From positions 74,586,001-74,650,000 of the forward strand of contig CM060733.1 of NCBI GenBank assembly GCA_030704615.1: DNA of 64,000 nucleotides. The letters are read 5' to 3'. This document shows, one piece after another, positions 24,007 to 35,400 of this stretch (position 1 is the first letter of the stretch; every line of letters starts with the position of its first letter). The notes under the pieces are model-generated. The model was not told the DNA's origin and ran no database searches. It saw only the letters and a program-made list of their open reading frames with translations. The stretch comes from Takakia lepidozioides. Lineage: Eukaryota; Plantae; Bryophyta. The translations under genes were made by a program, and so were the position numbers.

Positions 24007-25098
24007 TGAACGAAAGTTGCGGAATCCTCAAACTGATAGCCCGCAATTACCGAAAGGGGAATTAAGACAAGCAAACCGAGGTCAACAAGGCTAGCTCCAA
24101 TCCAAAGGTTGCAGGTGATGCATGCAAAGGATGTAGGGATGAGATGCACCTTCACTTCGAAAACAGCAACGCCAAGAGGCACTAACCAGAAAAACTGTTT
24201 TCAAATACTACAAGAAGCCGTGCTGTTTATGGATGAAAACAAACACTGAAAACGACATGAAACCATCCATTATGAAAAGACGGCAACAACCCTGGAGAGC
24301 AGTAAACAGGAAGACCACAAATGTCATGAGGTTGTGCTGTGCCAGAAGAGCACAGCACAAACACTGACACTGCAGAAGATACCTCGCACGAATGCGTGCC
24401 AGACATGGTCGTATCCGACAGAACCCTTTATGCCGAATGACCCCATGGCGACGGTAACGGTAAACTGCAAACCACAGGGTAGGCAGTACAACACACGTGG
24501 ATGCATATGTGAAGCATAACAATTATTGCGGATCTGCAAGAACTGCTCGAAAATGAACTAGCATTAGATTTCTACGGCACATCCGAATTTGAAAGAAAGC
24601 AAGAAGGCCGCGGTGTATTGGCAGGCGGCGCAGTACATCTGACATATATCGCTAGTGCATGCAACGGATGTACTTTTTTCTTGCGCTTTATTGCTTGGAT
24701 AATACGGAGACGACGGAATGGATGAATTCCGTTCGCACACAATAACAACACCCTCATCCAAAATATGGTTGATAACGTCCAATTTGATTTTGGTTACATG
24801 CCATAGCAGCACTTGTTACAAACGTCAAACTGGAGAGCTCTAGAGGCATCGTGGGGAGCCCTTGTTTCCAGCGTAGGAGGAAGAGAAGGAAGTCACTATA
24901 CTTCACGAGCTCTAGAAACAAGAATAGAGCCAGAGATAGAATGAGGATGGAAAGAGTGGACGAAGAGGAAAAGGAGGTAGAAGAGGGAGTAGAGGAAAGT
25001 GTGGCGATGGAGGAGCAGGAATCAGCAGAAGAACAGCAGCCCGCCATAGTTCCAAGGACAGATGAAGAGGACACCGCATCTGAGGAGAGACAGACGAG

Positions 25099-28000
25099 AT
25101 GGAAGAGGATGTTGAAGGTGGCCTCACGAGGAGTCTGCCTGCGGGAAAGAGGAAGGGGGAGAGGCTCACGTACACGCTCAGCGCAGAGAGCAGCCCGAAG
25201 CGCAAAGGGTCCCCGGCAATTGGGGAGTCTTCTGGAGCAGCCAAGAAAAAGGTGAAATTCTTAAGACCCACATTTCTGTTTCGTTGCTGATATGAATATA
25301 GCCCACACAGGACATCTGCACCACGCTGAAAGCATCGCAAACTGGAAGCCCAAACAGTGTGCGGCAACGCACACTGTTTGGGCCTACCAATTTGCTTGAT
25401 TGTTCAGGTGCGAAACGCCCAAACTTGGGCACTACAGCAGGTTCAACACAACCCAAATTGCAACCTCAAATAGTGTGAGTTGAGCTGAACATTTCACTGC
25501 TGTTTCCGTCTGGATATCGGTTTTCCAGGATATGTATGTCAGGACGACAGAACCCTTCAGTGGCAGCTCAAACAGTGTGCGTTGGCGCACACTGTTTGAG
25601 CTCTACATGTCACGGTTTTTTCCGTGTCGAATTCGCCCTTTAGGGCACGTTTCTGATGATGGAATAACCATTCAGTGGCAGCTCAAACAATGTGCGTTGG
25701 CGCACACTGTTTGAGCTGAACATGTAAGTGTTTTTGGTGTTAAAATTTGGCATTTAGGGCACGTTTTCAGGATGAAATAACCATTCAGTGGCAGCTCAAA
25801 ACAATGTGCGTTGGCGCACACTGTTTGAGCTGTACATGTCACTGTTTTTTTGGTGTTAAATTCGGACTTCCAGGGCAGGTTTATGATGATGAAATAACCA
25901 TTCAGTGGCAGCTCAAACAGTGTGCGTTGGCGCACACTGTTTGAGCTGTACATGTCACTGTTTTTTTGGTGTTAAATTCGGACTTCCAGGGCAGGTTATG
26001 ATGATGAAATAACCATTCAGTGGCAGCTCAAACAGTAAGCGTTGGCGCACACTGTTTGAGCTCTACATTTAAGTGTCCGGTTTAAATTCGGCATTTAGGG
26101 CACGTTTCTGAGGATGAAATATCTTGGAGTTTACAATGAACACTTACCTGGCACAAGTAGATGTTCAATGATCATTTACATGGCAAGTGAAACAGTGTGC
26201 GTCAACGCACACTGTTTGAGCCCACTTTTACATTGTCTTTTTCTGTGGAATTCGGCAACATAGGACATGTCTGTGAGGGTCAATGTACACTTACCTGGCA
26301 ACTTAAAATAGTGTGCGTCAACGCACACTCTTTGAGCCCACTTTTTCATGCCTCAGCCGTCGTTTCATGCCTCTCTAATATCAAGTTGAATGAACAACCC
26401 TGCAGGAGAAGATGCAAAGTGTGGCAGATGAGGTCCCTTCGGGTCAGGAGAAGGAGATAATTGTTGATGTGGACGATGAGTTCTATGAAAGCAAAGCCGC
26501 TGAGATGCTGGGGGGTCAGAAGGTAAACTCTTAGCTTGTGGTGCAAAGTATGCTTGCCCGGGTGGGAGGAAGATTCCCCTGTGTAGGTTGGTTTCCATGC
26601 CCGTCGTTCGTACACCCCTCGTCAAGGACATTCTCAAGCTGGAGGCCGAGTTTGTGCATGGGTATTTGGATGGATCCGCAGTCTTTTACGTTTCTACTAG
26701 GGATTCCAAAGGTAATGAGCTCCTCGTGGATCAGTCAATCGTGGACTCCTGGGACCCCATTTGGAGACAGCTGAACGAATCCTTCGAACTTCTTCTCTCC
26801 AGGAAACCTTCCACCCAAGCATTCTCGGGAAAGATTTCACGTTTGGGATGGGAACCACCGCTTGCTTGCATGGATGGCTGTCATTGGGAGGCTGCACTCA
26901 CAGGAGGAAGAGTGGCATTACTCTGTTCGATCGATGGTGCTGGATTGTGACGGGAACATGATGGGTCTTCTGACGGCAATGAATGATGTGAACAGGTTGG
27001 TTTCTCATTCTACATGTTCCACTTGTGGTTCCGTTCTTCTTTGATTGAAGACCTTGAATTTCATTCTGACTTGCAGATATCATTCTGCAGAGGAACGGAG
27101 ACATCGCATGTCAAAACGAGTTTGGTTCACACACTGTATAGGATACAAAGGATAGGGCAGATGCCCTTGACCAACTTCAAGACCATCCTTTCAGCAGAGA
27201 TGTACAAGAAGTGCGAAAGCTCCAAGACATCGGAAACGTGGTACTCGTTGACCCGTGAGGCTTTCATGGAGTACATGTACACGGTGAGATACATCTTCCT
27301 TCATCTGGTCTTCCATATTCCACATGTTTGTTTGTTGTTTCCCTTGACCTTGTGCTGATGCAACTCTTGCATTCCCTTGCAGCAAGACATTGCAGATGCA
27401 GGGGAGCGTGACAAACTGGAATACTACAGCTCTACCCCTGAGGAGAGAAGGACAGCAAAGGGGGTTGAGAGTCGCATCCAAAAAGAGATGACCGCTACAG
27501 AAGGACTATAATGAGTGCTTTCGTGAAGCAGTTGAGAATTGCCGACCCATCATTCGGACCGCAGTTTTTCCTGGAGATAAAAAACCATTATAACAAGCCA
27601 GCAAGCCAGAAATGGCCCAAGAGAAGTTGCACAGGTTGTCTACCGCCGTTGTGTCTCTAGAACAAAAGGTGAAGTGGCTGCAGATATGGAACTCCGATCC
27701 CACAGTTAGGGATACCCACATGTTCCCAAGGCCGGAGAAAGAGAAGAAGACCCAGCGTGTCATTCCTGTCAGTGACAATGTGCTAGACACCTGGCTTCAC
27801 AAGGCCACTTACTGGAGCCAGGTGTGATGTCCTTCCCTGTGTCACTGTCTTTTCTCTTTTCCTGTCCTTATCTTTCTATTGCCTCTTACATTCGCTGTGA
27901 TTGCTTTTGGGTTCATTCTTGCATTTGTATTGTTTTGCAGTTGGAAGAAAGGGCCAGATCGGTTATGCATACTCAGCTGGCTGACTATGGCATCAGTATG

Positions 28001-30123
28001 ATAGCACCGAAGGTGTCCTTCGAAGCATACATGAGGAAATGGAGAGCCACAGTGTGGCACTCTTGTTTCTTTAGAGAGTTCAGCAAGGAGGGTGGCATCA
28101 GTCGAACAAATGAGCTGGACCAGCAAGAAAAAGGAGAGGAAGCCTGGAAACGATGCCTTTACAGGTGCACACTCTTGCACTACTTATTTGTGCTGTGGTT
28201 GCAATGTGTTGTGTGGCATACTGTTGAAGGGGGTCTTCCTGGTGTGATGGAAAAGTTGCCACACAATATTTCCATTGTAAAATGAGGCTGTCTCTGTTGC
28301 TGCAGGTACATAAAGTTTGTTCTCCTGGAAGAGAATTGCCTGGACAAACATCCGGATTTCGTGGACCTGTGGCTTGTCCCTGCTGGCAACCAGACCATGT
28401 TTACTACTGGGATCTTGCATGACTGGGGCCCAGACCATCTTTCTTCTTGTGGTTGGTATTTGGATTGCCCTCCTTCTGAGACCCCAGCTCCAGAGGTGTC
28501 TTTGAGGAGAGAGAATGACCGTATTGCAGCCACTGCCGCAGCAGCCGACCTCAACATTCATGAACGTAATTTGAGGACTCTTGCAGAGAAGGAGCCTCCC
28601 GCTCAGGATACCCCAGGTAGAGGAAGAAAGGCAAAGGGAAAATATGTTGCTGGTGTTGTTGGGGAAGGGAAGGGGTAGAGGGAAGGTGGCACAAGGGCAG
28701 GGAAGTGTTGCAGATATTGGCCCTGTGGAGCATGTCCAGCAGACTCCACCGCATGGTAGGGGATCCGGGAGAAAAAACAAGGGGGTGGTTGATCCCAAGG
28801 ACCCGTACCATGCAGTGGAACATCCCACGAGGGTCATTCGCCCAACCAGGTTGGAGATGGCCAACGTCGGGTTCCTTGCCATGATGGAGTCGAAGAAATC
28901 TGATTACAAGGGCGAGCCATCACCTGTGTGGGAGGATTGTGCAGTTCCTCAGCACGGTGCGTATTCTCTTTGGGTTCTGTGGGCTTCTGTTGTTTTTGTC
29001 TGCTATGGGCATGGATTGTTTCAAACCTTTGAGAATTCCATTGTATTTTTGTTTGCACGCTAAAATGACCAAATCCTGGGTGAACGGGAAGGAGAAGCCA
29101 TATGCAGCCGAACTCATCATCTTGGACATCCCTGATGGGTTGGCAGTCCGGATATCCCTCCATCGGGTGCTTGTCCGGGTTGGAATGCTTTTGATGAGCG
29201 CTACTGGCGGTGGGTTTTCTCCTTTTGCAACTTCTTCCTGTCCGATGCAGGTGTTTTGGTGCTCTTCCAGTCCATTTCGACGGTCGGTGTTGTCGCGTTG
29301 CCACTTTCCAGCTATTTGAAAGCCTCGGGCATGAGAGTCGTGAAGACATGGAATTGTGTGAACAGCATGTACCTTACGAAGGGGGATCGTCCGGGAGAGA
29401 TGGTGAGTTTTGCCTTCTTCTTCCTCTTCTTGGTTTGTTCTCGGATGGGGTTGTATAGGTCACTCGAACTCATATGTAGGGGCCCGATTTTTTTTTGCTT
29501 CTTAGTTCCTTGTGGATGTCATGTTCGCAGACTCGTCTATTTGAAGCTGTTTGTCTCGTCCGGGTGCATCCACAAACGACTCCGGCCGGCATTACCGAGT
29601 TTGCCATCACTCATGGGGCCAAGTTCATAGATGACAGGACAGATCCCCCACGGATGACATGCATCACAACTACGTCGACAGCAACATGTGCTTGCGAAGG
29701 AGGAATGGGGTTCCTTGGAGAGGGGCGAGGAGAGGAGCCCGGCTTCATTCAAACGATTGTGGAGTGCTGCACCTACACAGACGCCAGAGTTCTGGATTTG
29801 TCGATGGGCACAGGTTCGTCTCTTCAACATTCACATTTCATGAGGTTTGATTGAGCTTGCACTTTCAGCACTTCCCACCGTTCCGAATGTGTCTTCAATG
29901 TCTTCTTCATTCATTCTATTCCACTGCAGGTGCTTCTTACCATGCTTGCAAGGCCAGTGCGCGACATCTCTTTGGGATTGAAGGGGATGCTGAGATTTAC
30001 AAGAACCTCCTGATGGGTTTGGGTGGACACACTTCTCAAGTCCTTCCGAAGCCCCGTCCCGTTGATACTGATACAGAGGAGACTTCTGACAAGGAGCTGG
30101 ACTCCGACTTTGCCTGTGAGTAA
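25099..30123 (+). pseudogene. ParB-MTase cargo gene paralogue A (multi-exon; ParB/Srx-like domain fused to beta-class N6/N4 methyltransferase-like domain)
   Basis: A candidate basic exon 25099-25251 splices to 26406. Motifs are KIPLCRLVSMPVVR (26570), VWDGNHRL (26841), IILDIPDG (29116-29139), PGWNAFD..FLSDAGVLVL and FIQTIVECC...VLDLSMGT-G. After an intron (29814-29929) it continues GASYHACKASARHLFGIEGDAEIY. Frameshifts at ~26835 and ~29150 and stops at ~27591 and ~28676. Confidence 0.82.
25345..26340. repeat. Tandem ~115-bp units, each with a 17-bp-arm palindrome AGCTCAAACAGTGTGCG-TTGG-CGCACACTGTTTGAGCT (about 8 copies)
   Basis: Copies at ~25348, 25565, 25680, 25793, 25910, 26025, 26190 and 26306. 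They lie between the divergent genes, probably within the first intron of the cargo gene. Confidence 0.92.
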
Positions 30124-31025
30124 GTTCAACCTTTGCATGCTTGCATTGTTTGTTTTCAATATCGAGAATCGCTGTTCTTGAGGCAAAGTGCACATTGGAG
30201 ACATCCTCTTTGTTGGACTTGTGCATTGCATCATTGTGTTTAAATGGGGTTTTTGTGGACATGTGCAGGAGTCCGCGTGCTTCCACTTGCCCTCCAGGGC
30301 TATCACACCTATTTGGACTTGTTTGCAGTCCTCCTCGGTCTTTGCGTGCTACCTGTCTATGCGGAGGCACTCGCAGCAAGCATGTCCGTTCATGGGACTC
30401 CGAGTCCACCTTACGACGGCCTTCGTAGAACACGTGGTGTTGGGGCCAGAATCTTTGTACATGACATAGCACAGGAGGTGGACACTGCTTGTGATGACTG
30501 CGACACTTGATATGAAGTTTTCTTTTGGTTTAATTCTGGGCCAAAATTTGAAATGGGATGGTTGTGTGTCCTTGTTGTCCTGTTTGCAATGTGTGCGTGG
30601 AATTCACATTCATGGTTACAAACTATTGTTGGAGATGGGGGTTGCATGGACTGCCTGGATTGTTCCTTCAATCTATTTGGTGTTTTGTGGACCTCACAGA
30701 CTTAAGTACATTGCGAAAACAAACAAACCACTTTGGTTCGTGTAGAGCATCCTCGCATCATTTGCTAGTTGGTCCCCAAACTATTTCCTGCTAGAAAGAA
30801 TGGTTGGTGAATCCATCACGGTGAAGTCCACCTCATCAAAAACTGTTCAGGCATTCTCAATTCTACCCAAATCAACCCGCGGAAATAGGTGACACCACTC
30901 GGAAATAGGTGACATCCGCGGAAATAGGCACTGTTTGCATGCTGACGTGGCGTGAGCCTGTGCTGGGCTCACGCTTTCCTGGGCTCACAGGCTCACGCCT
31001 CCGGGCTCACGGAATAGCACCCCCC

Positions 31026-31448
31026 AAAGGAAACTCACACATTCACTCCATCCATGATGGACCTGAGGGAACCACGATTTTCAATGTCGGCATTGAGCAC
31101 CCAACTTGTCACACAGACATGTCTTGACAAGTTGGCCCCATGAACTTCATTGATATAGGGATACCATGCTTGAAGCCTATGATTCCCATCCCAGACATGA
31201 AACATCTTCCCTGAAGATGATGCAACTTTGGCTTGGACTCAAGATACTTCTCAAACTCATCATTGACTATTTTCCAATGACTATCCCATGTAGAGATGAT
31301 ATCAGGACCACATCTATAGTAGACCCATCAATCCTCTCAACAGAAACATAGAACACGGCTGCTCCTGGATGGCATCCAGAGTAGAAGTCTCCTCTAAGCT
31401 TTAGGATGTCGTTGGCAAGGGTGGGCTAACAACCTGCATAGAAATCAT
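31026..31448 (-). pseudogene. ParB-MTase cargo gene paralogue B, ParB-like exon (continuous with 17409-20016 before the family A insertion)
   Basis: Reverse complement of 1560-1983. It encodes ..NDILKLRGDFYSG...MFHVWDGNHRLQAW. Confidence 0.85.
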
Positions 31449-32387
31449 GGGGGCTGCTATTTCATGAGCGGCATGAGCATGAGCGGAAAAAAAAAAAGCA
31501 TGAGCAGACCATTGTAAGTCCACGGAAAATAAGGTCATGTGAAGTTGGAATGTGGCACCAGTGGACTTGAAATGCAACATTTTATTGCATTTACTTGCCG
31601 AAAATGGCTAAGTCCCAGATCTGACTAGGCCCGGAACTGGAAAAATAACGCCGAATTTCCGATTTTGGTGCCAGTCAGATCTGGGACTTAGCCATTTTAG
31701 GCCCCGAACTAGAAAAATGACGTTTTTTTATTTGTTTTTTTTTTCGGTGCCATTTTACCAGTTCGGGGCCGAAAATGGCTAAGTCCCAGATCTGACTGGG
31801 CCCGAAACTGGAAAAATGGCGCCGAATTTCCGATTTTGGTGCCAGCCACCCTAGGGACTTAGCCATTTTCGGCCCCGAACTGGAAAAATGGCGCCATTTT
31901 TCCAGTTCGGGCCCGAAAATGGCTAAGTCCCAGATCTGATAGGGCGCGGAACTGGAAAAATGGTGCCGAATTTCCAGTTGCGGTTCCAGCCATCGTAGGG
32001 ACTTAGCCATTTTCGGGGCCCGGAACTGGAAAAATGGCGCCATTTTTCCATTGCTAAGTCCCAGATCTGACTGGGCCCCGAACTGGAAAAATGGCGCCAT
32101 TTTTCCAGTTCGGGCCCGAAAATGGCTAAGTCCCAGATCTGATAGGGCGCGGAACTGGAAAAATGGTGCCGAATTTCCAGTTGCGGTTCCAGCCATCGTA
32201 GGGACTTAGCCATATTCGGGGCTCGGAACTGGAAAAATGGCGCCATTTTTCCATTTCGGGGCCGAAAATGGCTAAGTCCCAGATCTGACTAGGCCCCGAA
32301 CTGGAAAAATGGCGCCGAATTTCCGATTTTGGGTGCCAGCCAGATCTGGGACTTAGCCGTTTTCGGCCCCGAACTGGAAAAATGGCC

Positions 32388-32428
<41 letters not shown>

Positions 32429-35400
32429 CCGGCGCCATTTTTCCAGTTCGGGGCCTAAAATGGCTAAGTCCCAGATCTGACTGGGCCCCAAACTGGAAAA
32501 ATGGCGCCGAATTTCCGATTTTGGGTGCCAGTCAGATCTGGGACTTAGCCGTTTTCAACCCCAAACTGGAAAAATGGCGTTTTTTTTTTTTTTTTTTTTT
32601 TTCGGCGCCATTTTTCCAGTTCGGGGCCGAAAATGGCTAAGTCCCAGATCTGACTGGGCCCAGAACTGGAAAAATGGCGCCGAATTTCCGATTTGGGTGC
32701 CAGTCAGATCTAGGACTTAGCCGTTTTCGGCCCCGAACTGGAAAAATATCGTTTTTCTTTTTCTTTTCCCGACGCCATTTTTCCAGTTCGGGGCCGAAAA
32801 TGGCTAAGTCCCAGATCTGACTGGGCCCAGAAATGGAAAAATGGCGCCGAATTTCCGATTTTGGGTGCCAGTCAGATCTGGGACTTGGCCGTTTTCGGCC
32901 ACGAAATGGACAAATGGCGTTTTTTTTTTTTTTTTTTTTTTTTTGCGGTTTTTTTTTCGGCGCCATTTTTCTATTTCGGGGCCGAAAATGGCTAAGTCCC
33001 AGATCTGATTGGCACCAAAATCGGAAATTCGGCGCTATTTTTCCAGTCATGCAGGTAATTCGAAGAGCGGATGGATGGAAATCCGGCGCCGGATTTCCAT
33101 CCGCCAGGTAAGTCGGCGCGCAAAATTTCTGTCATGCAGGTAATTCGAAGAGCGGATGGATGAAAATCCGGCACCGGATTTCCATTGATCCGCTCTTCGA
33201 ATTACCTGCATGACTGGAAAAATGGCGCCGAATTTCCGATTTTGGTTGCCGGTCAGATCTGGGACTTAGCCGTTTTCGGCCCCGAACTGGAAAAATGGCG
33301 TTTTTTTTTGTTTTTTTTTTCGGCGCCGTTTTTCCATTTCGGGGCCGAAAATGTCTAAGTCCCAGATCTGACTGGCACCAAAATCGGAAATTCGGCGCCA
33401 TTTTTCCAGTCATGCAGGTAATTCGAAGAGCGGATGGATGGAAATCCGGCGCCGGATTTCCATCCGCCAGGTAGGTCGGCGCGCAAAATTTCCTTCATGC
33501 AGGTAATTCGAAGAGCGGATGGATGAAAATCCAGCGCCGGATTTCCATCGATCCGCTCTTCGAATTACCTGCATGACTGGAAAAATGGCGCCGAATTTCC
33601 GATTTTGGGTACCAATCAGATCTGGGACTTAGCCGTTTTCGGCCCCGAACTGGAAAAATGGCGTTTGTTTTTTTTTTTTTTTTCCGGCGCCATTTTTTCT
33701 ATTTTGGGGCCGAAAAAGGCTAAGTGCCAGATCTGACTTGCACCAAAATCGGAAATTCGGCGCCATTTTTCCAGTCATGCAGGTAATTCGAAGAGCGGAT
33801 GGATGGAAATCCGGGGCTGGATTTCCATCCGCCAGCTAGGTCGGCGCGCAAAATTTCCGTCATGCAGGTAATTCGAAGAGCGGATGGATGGAAATCCGGC
33901 GACGGATTTCCATCCGCCAGGTAGGTCGGCGCGCGAAATTTCCCTGAAGAAGGTAATTCGGAGGCGGATGGATGGAAATCCGGCGCCGGATTTCCATTCG
34001 CAAGGTTGGTCGGAGAGCGGATGGATGGAGATCCGGCGCCGAATTTTCATCCAGCAGGTAAGTCGGATCGCTGGCGTATGGATATTCGGCGCCGAATTTC
34101 CATTCGCCAGGAATTTCGAAGCGCTGAATTACCTTCCTGCGGGTAATTCTGATCGATGAATTACCTTCCTGCAGGTAATTCTGAGCGTGTCCGATTGATT
34201 TTTCGGATTTTTCTTGGAATCCTTCACTGCTAGAGGCAAATCGGACCAGCCTCGGACGGAAATTCGGCGCCGTTTTTCCATTCTGGGAGGTTTCTACGAC
34301 TTCCTTTGAGGGGGGCCCCGATGGAAATTCGGCGCCGAATTTCCATCCGGGGGATGGTCTCTGTCGGAGAGGTGCCGGCCTCTCCGCCGCTCTGTTGGAT
34401 ATTCGGTGCCGAATTTCCGTCCAGGGGTTGAAATATGACGGCCAGGTGCTGGCCTCTCCCCCCTCCCCGACTGCATTGGAACGGCCCCGGATTGAAATTC
34501 GGCGCCGTTTTTCCATCTGGGGAGGTTTTTATGTCGACCAGTTTTCGGTCTGATCCCCCGACACGACTTCCTTTGGGGGGCCCGGATGGAAATTCGGCGC
34601 CGAATCTCAATCCAGGGGATGCTCTCTGTCGAACACGTGCCGGCCTCTACGCCCGAGGCGACTTCATCCAGGCGTCCCCTGTTGGATATTCGGTGCCGAA
34701 TTTCCATCCGGGGGTTGAAATGTGACGGCCAGGTGCCGGCCTCTCCCCCTCCCCGACTGCATCCGAACCGCCCCGGATGGAAATTCGGCGCCGTTTTTCC
34801 ATCTGGGGATGTTTTTATGCCGGCCAGTTTTCGGCCTGACCCCCCGACACGACTTCCTTTGGGGGGGCCCGGATGGAAATTCGGCGCCGAATCTCCATCC
34901 AGGGGATGTTCTCTGTCGCACACGCGCCGGCCTCTGCGCCCGAGGCGACTTCATCCGGGCTTCCCCTTTTGTATATTCGGTGCCGAATTTCCGTCCGGGG
35001 GTTGCAATGTGAGGGCCAGATGGCGGCCTTTCCCCCGAGCCGACTGCATCCGAAAGGCCTCGGATGGAAATTCGGCGCCGTTTTTCCATCTGGCGATGTT
35101 TTTATGCCGGCCAGTTTTCGGCCTGACCCCTCGACACGACTTCCTTTGGGGGGGCCCGGATGGAAATTCGGCGCCGAATCTCCATCCAAGGGATATTCAC
35201 TGTCGCACACGCGCCGGCCTCTGCGCCCGAGGCGACTTCATCCGGGCTTCCCTTGTTGTATATTCGGTGCCAAATTTCCGTCCGGGGGTTGTAATGTGAG
35301 GGCCAGATGGCGGCCTTTCCCCCGAGCCGACGGCATCCGAAAGGCCTCGGATGGAAATTCGGCGCCGTTTTTCCATCCGCGGAGGTTTTTATGTTGGCCA

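Larger units (their letters stand above)
20017..31025. mobile_element. Full-length 11,009-bp Mutator-like element (family A) with transposase and ParB-methyltransferase cargo gene
   Basis: The 9-bp TSD AAAGGAAAC flanks it at 20008-20016 and 31026-31034, and the empty site AGAATAGAAAGGAAACTCACAC is the reverse complement of 1969-1990. Degenerate TIRs are in register: GAGCGTAGCTACGGCGTGAGCCCAGCCCCGTGAGCCTG versus GGGGGGTGCTATTCCGTGAGCCCGGAGGCGTGAGCCTG. Confidence 0.93.

Noticed and set aside
25345-26340. CRISPR-like appearance of regularly spaced palindromes
   Set aside because: The spacers are ~80 bp and similar to each other rather than unique, there are no cas genes, and the context is a eukaryotic intron-containing element.
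25099-30123. Bacterial or phage contamination as the source of the ParB-MTase gene
   Set aside because: The gene has GT-AG introns conserved between paralogues and lies inside a TSD-flanked eukaryotic transposon nested among plant TEs.
1-33000. Treating 1-1990 and 31026-33000 as giant TIRs of a single 33-kb element
   Set aside because: The inverted match includes the cargo exon and continues at 20016-19885 past the family A insertion. The MULE termini face inward, so this is a segmental inverted duplication.
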